Below are positions 38,019 through 47,479 of a DNA stretch of 64,000 nucleotides, in pieces. Each line of letters opens with the position of its first letter. Positions within the stretch are counted from its first letter, which is position 1. A program made the position numbers and the translations under genes. This DNA comes from an uncultured Candidatus Saccharibacteria bacterium. Lineage in GTDB: Bacteria; Patescibacteriota; Minisyncoccia; Phycocordibacterales; PALSA-1337. Under the pieces are notes generated by a model. It was not told the DNA's origin and did no database searches. It saw only the letters and a list, made by a program, of their open reading frames with translations. The stretch is from positions 169,521-233,520 of the forward strand of contig CAZBVQ010000001.1 of the NCBI GenBank assembly GCA_964495685.1. The letters run 5' to 3'.

Positions 38019-39866
38019 ATGAGTGTACCTGCACGAATACAACGAGCAGTGGTCATGACCGCAGTTGCCGTTTTTGGGACGGCTGTGGTTGCTTTTGCTA
38101 TCTTGGTTTTTGTCCGCCTTGTCGCACACGATACTCGTCCAGCAGAAGCGGCCAGTGTTATTTATTATCCCAACTTTTGTTTGGGTGGATGGAAGTATCC
38201 ACAGCACGCGAGTGGTCCTGCTGCGACAGTGGGGGATTACAGTGCCGATCAATTCACGGCGACCAATTCGGCATATCTAGAATCATCGACCGCGTCACAG
38301 TTGTTCTGTGGCTATTTTTCGGTGAAGAATACCAAGAATCCTCCGACCAAAGCTACGGTCACATTCAATTGGGCGTTCAAGTGGCCCGGTGATACAAACC
38401 AGAGTGAACATCCTGAGTCATACACGAGTACGAGCACCAATCCGAGTGGTATATCTCCTGCCACAGGATTTATTCAGGCCACGAGTACCTCGTCGACCAA
38501 TCCAAACAACACGGGGGCATCTTCGAACAGGGGAACGGGTCTCAGCAACACTGCCGCGGTCGGTAATGCTCTTGATTCTCAACATAATACGGCTGTAGCA
38601 TCATCCAGTCCATCTTCTGTGCCGTCTACGTCGTCAGTACCATCGACGACGACCGAATTGCCATTTGTTCCGGGTTCGACGAGTGTGACGCGTACGGAAT
38701 CTTCGACCAATCCTCCCGCTAGCTCTCCAGCTGATCCTGGTACCCCTACGAACCAACCAAACACCTCGGCAGGGGATACATCGTCGAGTTCTTCAGGTGG
38801 TAACACGATACCTTCGAACCCTACAGATGGATCAAATACCTCGAGTTCTGCAACACTCCCATCTACGCCAACTCCAGATCCGGCACCTACTCCGGCGTCG
38901 ACACCTGCACCAACCTCTGTGCCTGTATTAGATCCTGCCCCAGCACCGACACCAGCTCCAGAAGCTCCACAATCTCGTTCAGTAGGCGCATTCATCGCCT
39001 CTCTGATCGCTGAGCAGGTCCATGCCGAAGAGATTGATGCTGAAGTAGGTGCTACACAAACAGCTTCGTTCACAGATTTTCTAGAGGTGAGTTATAGCCT
39101 GGACGGTATTCGCTGGACTTCCGTTGGCCGTGTCAACAAAGACAATTGGAAGGGGTATTCAGTAGAGATTCCTGTATCTTCATGGGATGAGGTCAAGCGT
39201 CTCCAGATTATGGTGTCGGTGTTGCCGACTATCGATGAGAAACCAGATATCTATCTCGATAGCATATCGATGCGTGCGGAATACAACCGCACTGTCTCCG
39301 AGCTTGCCGCTGATGGCCTGACTGCGGTTTCCAATGCTGTTGATACACTGATCGGTGATGGCAACGGCGCTACCAATGAGTTTGATATTATTGCCGATGC
39401 ACCTCGTCGACCGCAACCAACTGAGATTCGTGAGCGCAAGCTCAAATTCCCATCAGTCGGTTCGGTCATTCGAATTACGCATGATGTATTCGATGATGAG
39501 GGTAGAGTGGCGGGCAAGGTCGCTTCCAAGAAAATAAGTGTCGATACAGCCAACGCCGGCAACTCAATGATTGTTTCTGGTCCATGTGCCAAGAAATATT
39601 TCGTGGTACTCACGTATCGTGGCAAGGATGATTATGTGAAACATCGCAGTTCCTATGTTGCCAACCAGGCACACGAATGCAAAAATGGTAGCTTCACGTT
39701 TGATCTGGCTTCACTTTCACCTGAGACACGCGATGGGGCACAGTATCTCGTCGTCGGTGAGCAGGGTGAAGAGGGAACGTGGGATGTGGTGAGCGATGTG
39801 TTCCCAGTCACGATCGAAGCCACTACGACCGTTCGGACGATTTATCAGGACAGTACAACACAGTAA
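38019..39866 (+). CDS. Large membrane-anchored surface protein with a Ser/Thr/Pro-rich linker
   Basis: N-terminal TM, ~190 aa STP-rich tract including PTPDPAPTPA repeats, beta-rich C-terminal domains. Confidence 0.75.
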   Translation: MSVPARIQRAVVMTAVAVFGTAVVAFAILVFVRLVAHDTRPAEAASVIYYPNFCLGGWKYPQHASGPAATVGDYSADQFTATNSAYLESSTASQLFCGYFSVKNTKNPPTKATVTFNWAFKWPGDTNQSEHPESYTSTSTNPSGISPATGFIQATSTSSTNPNNTGASSNRGTGLSNTAAVGNALDSQHNTAVASSSPSSVPSTSSVPSTTTELPFVPGSTSVTRTESSTNPPASSPADPGTPTNQPNTSAGDTSSSSSGGNTIPSNPTDGSNTSSSATLPSTPTPDPAPTPASTPAPTSVPVLDPAPAPTPAPEAPQSRSVGAFIASLIAEQVHAEEIDAEVGATQTASFTDFLEVSYSLDGIRWTSVGRVNKDNWKGYSVEIPVSSWDEVKRLQIMVSVLPTIDEKPDIYLDSISMRAEYNRTVSELAADGLTAVSNAVDTLIGDGNGATNEFDIIADAPRRPQPTEIRERKLKFPSVGSVIRITHDVFDDEGRVAGKVASKKISVDTANAGNSMIVSGPCAKKYFVVLTYRGKDDYVKHRSSYVANQAHECKNGSFTFDLASLSPETRDGAQYLVVGEQGEEGTWDVVSDVFPVTIEATTTVRTIYQDSTTQ

Positions 39867-39878
39867 TTCAGTATTCTT

Positions 39879-40505
39879 ATGAACATTACAGCCAAACATA
39901 TCCAGCGCTCGAACATTGTGGTCACGTTTGCACCGGGGAGTATTACTCTACCTGAAGCTTCGCAGATTTTCAGTCTCTACAATGCAGAGCAAACCAAAGG
40001 TGCAACATTCTCAGACACACCCTCGATGATGACACGCGTCTTCGAATTTCCTGTTGTCGGACTGCAGTGGGTGTTCGAGCCGACCAAGATCCGTCTCGAA
40101 GACAAGATGAATCGTCCGCCGCGAGACTCCAGGCTTGCGTATGAGCTGCGTCGTCTACTCGCTACGTTGTACCCAGATCGGACACCTCAGGCATACGGAT
40201 TCAACTATGATATGATTTATCGTATCGACGCCGCTATTCCGATCAAAGAAATTATGGGTGCCTTCGTCAAGTCGTCGACCTTGGAAGATGTCAAAGAGTT
40301 TGGCTGGCAATACACTGTAGTCAAAGAAAAAGGCAAACGTGCCGAAACATATTTTTTCAAGATGGTTTCGCCCATCGAATATGGTGTGCATGCCAATTTC
40401 CATTACAACGAGTCGATCTTGCCTAAAGCGGATGATTTGCAGGCAGCATTCGAACGCAAATATGCCGATGCCGACGAAAGTGTAGCTAGTATTTCACTGA
40501 CATGA
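39879..40505 (+). CDS. Hypothetical cytoplasmic protein
   Basis: 208 aa ORF co-oriented within the surface locus; AYGFNYD and HANFHY motifs. Confidence 0.65.
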   Translation: MNITAKHIQRSNIVVTFAPGSITLPEASQIFSLYNAEQTKGATFSDTPSMMTRVFEFPVVGLQWVFEPTKIRLEDKMNRPPRDSRLAYELRRLLATLYPDRTPQAYGFNYDMIYRIDAAIPIKEIMGAFVKSSTLEDVKEFGWQYTVVKEKGKRAETYFFKMVSPIEYGVHANFHYNESILPKADDLQAAFERKYADADESVASISLT

Positions 40506-40534
40506 CCATGAATCCAACTTTTTCCATTTAACCT

Positions 40535-42205
40535 ATGTCCATCCAAGACGGCAAAGTATTCCTGTATATATCCAAGCGCAAGAACGCTTTTGTTGTCGGC
40601 GTACTCCTTACCATCCAGCTCATCCTTTCGGTTATTCTGTCTATCTCACTTGCGGGCAACCTCATTTGGCCCGAACAAAGCTCAGCTGCAGCAGGATCAC
40701 CCATGAAGATCGCATACGAAGGACGTCTGACGGATAGTTCTGGGAATGCACTCGGTGGTGCAGGCACGGTGTATTGCTATCGTTTCTCGATATATGATGC
40801 CTCGACTGCGGGGAACAAACTCTGGCCGGGAGGCACTCCATCCAATACGACTGCGACGACGACCGACGGAGTCTTCAATGCCGTCATCGGGCAAGCAGAC
40901 ACTCTTTCTTCGACCGTATTCGATTTCTCGACGACATCGACTGCGTATCTCCAAGTTGAAGTCAACACGACGACATCTACGTGTGGTGGATCGTGGGAGG
41001 CACTATTGCCGCGTCAGCAGGTCCTCTCATCAGGATATGCTATGCAATCTGCAAATGTGTACGGCTCCCTCCTTAAGACGGATACCGTCAACAACTGGGT
41101 ACAAGTCGGTGCTGGCGGGCAGGCCAATCCGATCGAGCTCGTCCTCGATGCCAATAATTCCACATCGGATTACGTTGGTCAGACGTGTTCAACCGTCGGT
41201 GCTATGTGGTACAACACGGTCACGACACAGGCGCTCATCTGCGTCAATGGTGTCGTAGAGTCTCTCGGCAATAGCGGTTCGACGACCATCGCTGCAGTCC
41301 AGACCAACAGCAATACACCTATCAGCAATGGTACGGTCGTATTCTCGAACTCCAACGGCGTGACCTTCGGTAACAACGCAGGCACGATCACGGCGAGTGT
41401 CAATGCGGCTGGTGCGGCATTGAGTAGCTATGCCAATGCCCTGTACAAGCTAAACAGCCAGACGCAACAAGGACTCGTCAGTACATTTGTAGTGTTTCCC
41501 TTCGTGTTGAGTGGTAATGTCTCTTTTGACTACTTACGTATTTTGAACAGTGTATCGATAGCTTCAACATCATTTGCGTCGACGGCCAACACGACATATT
41601 CTTACAACCAGGCCATCTCATTTAGAGGGGTACTTTATTCAAAGAATGTAGGTGCTAGCTCTATGTCGCTTGCCTCTGTCAGTACATTCTCGGCCGGCAT
41701 GACTTATAGCCTGAACGCGGCTTATGGCTCTGCAACGAACACGAGCCAGATCCTTACCATGGGTATAACGTATCCGATCTCGACGGGTACTTCATCATTC
41801 ACGACGGTATATAACACCAGCAACCTTTCGACCCAGGCATTGAGTACGACCAACTTTACTCGTCTTACCGGCTTCAAGTTCATGGATTTTCCATTCGCTG
41901 GGTCACTCTCAGCAGGTGACTATTGGCTAGCACTCAACGCATCGACGACCCAGACCACACAAGCAGTGGCTGCACTTTCTGCAGTACGCCTACTCTTCTC
42001 AACTATTGGTATGTCACAGGTAAATAACACTTATGCTTATTTCGGTAACTTTAATACAGGATCAGTACAGGCACAGCGTGGTGTCGGTAGTTTCACCACA
42101 GTGGGTGGTGCGTCGACGGGATCGATGGGCTTCTCCAACATTTCTTCTTCTGCCTCTCACCCAATACCGTACCTCACGTTGCAGATGAGTAACTATGCAC
42201 AGTAG
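40535..42205 (+). CDS. Fibre/adhesin-like secreted protein
   Basis: TM, then a PMKIAYEGRLTD..G...FSIYD...LW...DGVFN..IG module typical of fibre-like surface proteins; S/T/N-rich beta C-terminus. Confidence 0.7.
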   Translation: MSIQDGKVFLYISKRKNAFVVGVLLTIQLILSVILSISLAGNLIWPEQSSAAAGSPMKIAYEGRLTDSSGNALGGAGTVYCYRFSIYDASTAGNKLWPGGTPSNTTATTTDGVFNAVIGQADTLSSTVFDFSTTSTAYLQVEVNTTTSTCGGSWEALLPRQQVLSSGYAMQSANVYGSLLKTDTVNNWVQVGAGGQANPIELVLDANNSTSDYVGQTCSTVGAMWYNTVTTQALICVNGVVESLGNSGSTTIAAVQTNSNTPISNGTVVFSNSNGVTFGNNAGTITASVNAAGAALSSYANALYKLNSQTQQGLVSTFVVFPFVLSGNVSFDYLRILNSVSIASTSFASTANTTYSYNQAISFRGVLYSKNVGASSMSLASVSTFSAGMTYSLNAAYGSATNTSQILTMGITYPISTGTSSFTTVYNTSNLSTQALSTTNFTRLTGFKFMDFPFAGSLSAGDYWLALNASTTQTTQAVAALSAVRLLFSTIGMSQVNNTYAYFGNFNTGSVQAQRGVGSFTTVGGASTGSMGFSNISSSASHPIPYLTLQMSNYAQ

Positions 42206-42935
42206 ATATATGACTATGAAACCACAGATTGTTATCGAGAATTATCAGGGTGCACACAATGCCAATCTTCCTCAGAGTCTGGATCGGCTCGAGAAGGGGA
42301 GGACATACAAAGATTTGTCGACGATCTGTATCGTGCCGACACGTGGTGTCATTCCCGCCAAGGTGGTCCAGAATTGGATGGGCATGATCCCGACCATGAA
42401 CCAGAAGTTCACTCGTATCTTCATGATCGGCATGGAAGTGGGGGAGGCGTACAATAGGGCGATTGAGGTCATACTAGGCAATCCAGAACTATCAAAATGG
42501 AAATACATTCTTACCCTCGAGGAGGACAATTTGCCACCACCAGATGGTCTGATTAAGTTGTATGAGAATATTGAGAATTATGCAGCTCTCGGGGGTCTCT
42601 ATTGGGTCAAAGGTGAAGGCGGTCAACCTATGATTTACGGAGATCCAGCCGAACCAGAGCTCAATTTCCGACCTCAACCCCCTAGGCAAGAGATCCAAGA
42701 GTGCAATGGCCTCGGCATGGGGTTTACTCTCTTCAAAACTGAAGTCTTCAAGGATCCGAAGCTGGAAAAGCCATGGTTCAAGACGTGTAATGAGTGGAGT
42801 CCAGATGGTGGCTCGAGAGTATATACTCAAGACCTCTATTTCTTTGAAAAGATTCGAAAATTGGGATACAAGGTTGCCTGTGATACGCGAGTCAAGGTCG
42901 GACATTATGATGTCGACAATGATGTCGTATGGTAA
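42195..42935 (+). CDS. Glycosyltransferase-like protein (GT-A fold)
   Basis: IVPTRG, YILTLEEDN (DxD-like), GMGFTLFK, TQDLYFF, CDTRVKVGHYD. Confidence 0.7.
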   Translation: MHSRYMTMKPQIVIENYQGAHNANLPQSLDRLEKGRTYKDLSTICIVPTRGVIPAKVVQNWMGMIPTMNQKFTRIFMIGMEVGEAYNRAIEVILGNPELSKWKYILTLEEDNLPPPDGLIKLYENIENYAALGGLYWVKGEGGQPMIYGDPAEPELNFRPQPPRQEIQECNGLGMGFTLFKTEVFKDPKLEKPWFKTCNEWSPDGGSRVYTQDLYFFEKIRKLGYKVACDTRVKVGHYDVDNDVVW

Positions 42936-42944
42936 TATATTCCT

Positions 42945-43934
42945 ATGTCTCGCTACCTGGTTATATTTCAAAGTATCGTTCTGGGCGTCCTTATCATCTT
43001 GTTTGTATCGTACAAGTCTCACCAGCGATTAAATACGCCGCCTGCGATTGTGAGTACTATTTCTGCATCGACCTCACCGCTCCGCATGTCCGCATCTCCA
43101 GCAGAATATCCATATTTGAGTCCCGTTATTGTCGCTGATCACGACAGACATTTCATTATCAATTTCAAGCCCTTGCGAGACAAACTGCAGGCGACTATGA
43201 ACGCACAAAAGAACAAAACGTATGTGTATTTCTTGTATCTCAACAACGCCAGTTGGATAGGTCTCAATGAAAAAGACTATTTCACTGCCGCAAGTACTAT
43301 CAAGGTGCCACTTGCCATGTCGATCTTGAAGTTTGCTGAGAAGGGCAGGGTCAAGATGACCGATTCATATACATTGACAGATCTCGATCTCGACCCCGGC
43401 TTTGGTGATTTGTATAAGGTAGGTCCTGATGGTAGCTTCACCCTCGATGAATTTGTGCAGATCATGTTGGAACACTCGGACAACACGTCAATGCGGGCTC
43501 TCTTCACGGTCATGAATATGATAGATATCAAGACGCCACTCGATGATATATACGCGGCTATGGGATGGGAACGTCCCAATAAAGGGGACAATTTGACGTA
43601 CATTGACATCAATCTGAAGACGCTGGCGAACATGTTCGTCTCTCTCTACAACGGCACGTATATCAACATAGACAATTCGAACAAACTCCTTGAGTATCTC
43701 GCACATTCTGACTTCAAAGATCAGATACCTGCTGGTGTGCCAGATAGTGTGAGCGTTGCGCACAAGATCGGCGTCAATGAGCCTAACAATACATACTCCG
43801 ATTGTGGCATTGTGTATGTGCCCGGTCGTCCCTATATTCTCTGTGTCGGCTCGGTAGGTGTACAAAAGAAAGTGGCTGATTCATTCATTTCGAAGATCTC
43901 GCGCACTGTCTATGAATATGTTATAACCAACTAA
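42945..43934 (+). CDS. Class A beta-lactamase-like serine hydrolase, membrane-anchored
   Basis: SxxK (ASTIK), SDN, HKIG motifs. Confidence 0.85.
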   Translation: MSRYLVIFQSIVLGVLIILFVSYKSHQRLNTPPAIVSTISASTSPLRMSASPAEYPYLSPVIVADHDRHFIINFKPLRDKLQATMNAQKNKTYVYFLYLNNASWIGLNEKDYFTAASTIKVPLAMSILKFAEKGRVKMTDSYTLTDLDLDPGFGDLYKVGPDGSFTLDEFVQIMLEHSDNTSMRALFTVMNMIDIKTPLDDIYAAMGWERPNKGDNLTYIDINLKTLANMFVSLYNGTYINIDNSNKLLEYLAHSDFKDQIPAGVPDSVSVAHKIGVNEPNNTYSDCGIVYVPGRPYILCVGSVGVQKKVADSFISKISRTVYEYVITN

Positions 43935-43936
43935 TC

Positions 43937-44479
43937 ATGAGTATATTCGGAAAGTTGGATGATAAGGGTATCAAGCTCGATATTGCCTGTGGCCAGAACA
44001 AGCAACCCGGCTTTGTTGGTATTGATATTGCACCAGGTCCTGGAGTGGATATTGTCTGGGATCTCGAGCAATATCCCTGGCCGATCAAAGACAATAGTGT
44101 CAAAGAGGCGTTCGTCAGCCACTACGCTGAGCACACAAAAGACTTGGTGAAGTTTATGAATGAGGTTTGGCGCATCTGTGAAGATGGTGCCAAACTCACC
44201 ATTCTTGGACCTTACTACACTTCTATTCGTTGTTGGCAAGATCCGACACACACACGTGCTCTCTCGGAAGCGACATGGTTGTATTATCAGAAGGCATGGC
44301 GTGAGGCCAACAGGCTCGATCACTATCCGATCACCTGTGACTACGAAGTGACCAATCTCATTTTGTATTTCAACGAGCCCTGGAATCAAAAGTCAGAAGA
44401 AGCAAAGCAGTTTGCAATCAAGCACTATTTTAATGTGGTCTCGGATATCCTAGTCGAACTGAAGGTAAAGAAGATATAA
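43937..44479 (+). CDS. SAM-dependent methyltransferase
   Basis: LDIACG, IDI, DLEQYPWP, SHYAEH, EVWRIC, DPTH. Confidence 0.82.
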   Translation: MSIFGKLDDKGIKLDIACGQNKQPGFVGIDIAPGPGVDIVWDLEQYPWPIKDNSVKEAFVSHYAEHTKDLVKFMNEVWRICEDGAKLTILGPYYTSIRCWQDPTHTRALSEATWLYYQKAWREANRLDHYPITCDYEVTNLILYFNEPWNQKSEEAKQFAIKHYFNVVSDILVELKVKKI

Positions 44480-44489
44480 TAGGGTAGTC

Positions 44490-45002
44490 ATGGATTCACG
44501 CATATCCAAACTTCTACGCACCAATACGGCCTTGGTGTTGTTGTGTGTTATTGCGATATGCGCACTCATCTATACGTTGAAGGGGCGAGATGGTGAAGGA
44601 CAGATACCAGTGACACATTCTGTGCCGAAAATAGTACCTATTTCGACGGATTCATCTGAAAATTCTATTCAAGATATCATGGACAAGGTCCCTGAATCCT
44701 CTCCACTCAAACATGCCCCTGCAAAAGAGACGTTTGCTCAGTTTGTGTTTCAAGGACAAGCAACCACGTCAGTTGCACTTGAATGTACCGACATATACGA
44801 CGTTGTCTTGATATATCCCATAAATATCGAATACCGTGCGACACCCGTAGGTTCAGTCTACAACCGTGCCTTTCCGTGCCAGAAGAATACGTCTATGACA
44901 CGTACGATAGATGTGTCGACGGCACCGCTACACGCTAGTACAACTTATTACATCATTCGAGCACATCAGGGGATGCGAGGGACTTGGTATGGACCATACT
45001 AG
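44490..45002 (+). CDS. Membrane-anchored hypothetical protein
   Basis: N-terminal TM; its C-terminal domain loosely resembles the C-terminus of 38019-39866 (C...Y.V..Y....Y....S.V.N.A..C....W). Confidence 0.65.
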   Translation: MDSRISKLLRTNTALVLLCVIAICALIYTLKGRDGEGQIPVTHSVPKIVPISTDSSENSIQDIMDKVPESSPLKHAPAKETFAQFVFQGQATTSVALECTDIYDVVLIYPINIEYRATPVGSVYNRAFPCQKNTSMTRTIDVSTAPLHASTTYYIIRAHQGMRGTWYGPY

Positions 45003-45016
45003 ACACGTACACACGT

Positions 45017-45113
45017 GTCCCCGCACCTCCTCATTCCTTCCTGACAAGCCGAAAATGTAGCCAGCGATCAGCGCTTTGAGGCTTGGAGGGGAGGAATGAG
45101 GACGTGCGAGGAC
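45017..45113. repeat. Palindromic element, family D, copy 1
   Basis: cgcacctcctcattcc...ggaatgaggacgtgcg stem around a core that is identical in 46581-46673. Confidence 0.9.
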
Positions 45114-45170
45114 GAGCTCCGACAAGTAAACAAATAGAGATAAACGAAGTCTCTGCTATAATAGATGGCA

Positions 45171-46559
45171 ATGAAATCGAGATTGACTCTCGCGGTCGCT
45201 TTTGTCCTGTTGTTTATATGCGCAGGCTCGCTTGGCATGTTTTGGTCCGAGAATGTCGGGGCTGTCGATGCCTCCTCGACAAGCTTTTTTGTTCGTCAAA
45301 ATATCCTGCCCGTGGGCTCCAATAGTTATCCAGGTTCGACTGGTGCGGAACCGTTTTCGACGTCTACATCATTCAAGCTGGTCGGTGCAGGTAGCGAAAC
45401 GGCTGTAGGAACATCCACCTCTTCATCATTTGGTGTCATGGGCGGATTCTTGCGCAGTCTGTACTTCGGTCCAGCGCCACTCTACAATCAGATACATTAT
45501 CATTGGCGCAACGACGATGGCTCAGAGGCGGCGGCTACATCAAAAACAAGTGGTACACCTGATACGGACATTACGTCCTTGGCAAAATCGACCACAGTGC
45601 GTCTGCGCATTGAGATCTCGAATGAAGGCGGTACGAAGCTCGGGTACGCTTCCCAGCAGTTTCGTCTCGAATATGGTCTCAAGTCGACTACGTGCGCGGC
45701 TATAGTCTCGTGGACTGACGTCGGTGCTGCATCTGGAGATTGGGATCCATCGAATTCGAGCAACTTGACTGACGGAAATGACACGACCAATATTGCCGTA
45801 TCTACGGGCGGTGTCGCTGATGAAAATCATACGTTTCTCACCCCGAATGGTGGGGCCAAGGATACGGGTAGTCAGACTGCTGCTGTCAGTGTGACGAGTG
45901 AGCAGTTTATCGAATTGGAATACTCAATTCAGGCCCTATCGGCCGCAACTGATGGGGGAACGTATTGTTTCCGTGTGACGAATGCAGGTGGAGCGACTAC
46001 TCTCTACTCATATACTGCGTATCCACAGGCAACACTCGCATCTTCTGGGGGATACTTATATTTTTCACTCGATGGATCTACAGAGGCCTTCGGTAACATT
46101 ACTCCAGCTGTGCTAGCGGCGACTTCGAGTATTTTGACGGCGAGGACAGACAATTCGACTGGTTTCAATATAACTATTCAGCGAGCAGATTCTACAGGCA
46201 CCATGTCTTCTGGCTCGGTGTATATTCCTGACAAGACTGCATGGGTCCCGGGCGTGAATACGTCATCTGCAGGTAACGCAACAGCTTCGACTACTGAGCC
46301 GCAGACGTTGCAATTTCGTATACGTAATACAGGTACCGATGCGGCCAACTACTCATCTGCATGGTGGGGAACAGACGATACGACAGCCTCTGCCTTGTTC
46401 GCGGGTATCCCATCTACGGCTAGGAATATCGTCGACAGGTCGAGCTCTGCGGTCTCTACTACGACAGCATACGTCTTGTACAACTTGACTGTGCCAGTAA
46501 CTCAGCAAGCGGGCAGTTATTCGGGTAGTATTACCTATACAATTACAGCGAACCCTTGA
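45171..46559 (+). CDS. Large secreted protein with C-terminal WxL-like/pilin-like domain
   Basis: Signal peptide; the C-terminal ~170 aa is paralogous to 46775-47470; ends GSYSGSITYTITANP. Alternative start at 45165. Confidence 0.75.
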   Translation: MKSRLTLAVAFVLLFICAGSLGMFWSENVGAVDASSTSFFVRQNILPVGSNSYPGSTGAEPFSTSTSFKLVGAGSETAVGTSTSSSFGVMGGFLRSLYFGPAPLYNQIHYHWRNDDGSEAAATSKTSGTPDTDITSLAKSTTVRLRIEISNEGGTKLGYASQQFRLEYGLKSTTCAAIVSWTDVGAASGDWDPSNSSNLTDGNDTTNIAVSTGGVADENHTFLTPNGGAKDTGSQTAAVSVTSEQFIELEYSIQALSAATDGGTYCFRVTNAGGATTLYSYTAYPQATLASSGGYLYFSLDGSTEAFGNITPAVLAATSSILTARTDNSTGFNITIQRADSTGTMSSGSVYIPDKTAWVPGVNTSSAGNATASTTEPQTLQFRIRNTGTDAANYSSAWWGTDDTTASALFAGIPSTARNIVDRSSSAVSTTTAYVLYNLTVPVTQQAGSYSGSITYTITANP

Positions 46560-46772
46560 TGTGGATAACCCGGGGCATACCCCCGCACGTCCTCATTCAT
46601 TCCTGACAAGCCGAAAATGTAGCCAGCGATCAGCGCTTTGAGGCTTGGAGGGGAGGAATGAGGACGTGCGGGGATACGTGTGGATAAGTGCCTAGGTCTG
46701 TTACGTGATATAATAGAAGAACTGAAATTAGGTTACGTAGTATAATTATTAGTATCGTTTAGTATATCCACA
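46560..46772. promoter_or_regulatory. DnaA-box cluster and promoter region
   Basis: TGTGGATAA at 46560-46568 and 46679-46687; ATATCCACA (1 mismatch) at 46764-46772; TGaTATAAT near 46707. Confidence 0.5.
46581..46673. repeat. Palindromic element, family D, copy 2
   Basis: Near-identical ~93 bp direct repeat of 45017-45113. Confidence 0.9.
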
Positions 46773-46774
46773 TT

Positions 46775-47470
46775 ATGAGGCCAATCACATATACCATGAG
46801 CCAGAAGACGAAAGAGCGTCTTCAGACATTCGGTAGTGCGTTCGTTATCACGGCGATGCTCTTTTACTCAGTCATCTATGCAGTACAGGTGCATGCCAAC
46901 GCGGTGAGTTTGACTGCTACGATTCAGACAGCTATCACATTCACGACATCATCGAATGTATTCGGTAACGTGACTCCGGGTACTATCTCGTGGGCAACGA
47001 CTACACTTGATGTGGCCACCAACGATACCAATGGCTGGCTCGTCACTCTCTCTGGTGACAACAAGACGTCAGTCAATAATAACTTACAGACTGCTGGCAA
47101 CACGGCCTCTATCACTGATCAGACAGAGTGGGTACCTGGTGCCGCTACGACGACTACTGGCAATGCCGTCGTTCGTGCCTCGCTTGCCAACTCAGGCAAC
47201 GTGCTCGCGTTCCGAGTCATGACAGCCTCGAGTAGCAACGGCACTCCGTTTACGGCAAGTAGCTGGTGGGGAACTACTGACGCAGATGGTACGGCGAAAT
47301 GGGCAGGTATTGCCAGCTCGACAGTCGCACGTACTATCGGCAACGCAGGTACTGGTTCTTATAGCGCAAGCAACCACTTGAATACAGTCCAATACTACTT
47401 GCTCGTATCGGCCACGCAGGCATCAGGTGCATATACTGCTCCCTTGACATATACTGCTACGGCGAACTAA
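46775..47470 (+). CDS. Small secreted WxL-like/pilin-like subunit
   Basis: Signal peptide (VHA|), TLDVATNDTNGWLVTL, C-terminal GAYTAPLTYTATAN. Confidence 0.75.
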   Translation: MRPITYTMSQKTKERLQTFGSAFVITAMLFYSVIYAVQVHANAVSLTATIQTAITFTTSSNVFGNVTPGTISWATTTLDVATNDTNGWLVTLSGDNKTSVNNNLQTAGNTASITDQTEWVPGAATTTTGNAVVRASLANSGNVLAFRVMTASSSNGTPFTASSWWGTTDADGTAKWAGIASSTVARTIGNAGTGSYSASNHLNTVQYYLLVSATQASGAYTAPLTYTATAN

Positions 47471-47479
47471 ACTCCCCTT

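Noticed and set aside
38860-38970. PTPDPAPTPA repeats, and the poly-Gly tract at ~49144-49182
   Set aside because: Ordinary low-complexity protein linkers with degenerate codons, not DNA-level tandem repeats or phase-variable tracts.
42945-43934. Antibiotic-resistance gene call
   Set aside because: SxxK/SDN/KxG motifs only show the serine beta-lactamase/PBP fold; the omega-loop general base was not confirmed, so resistance is unsupported.
46560-46772. oriC
   Set aside because: Only 2-3 DnaA boxes, no dnaA or dnaN nearby, located inside a surface operon; GC skew cannot be assessed here.
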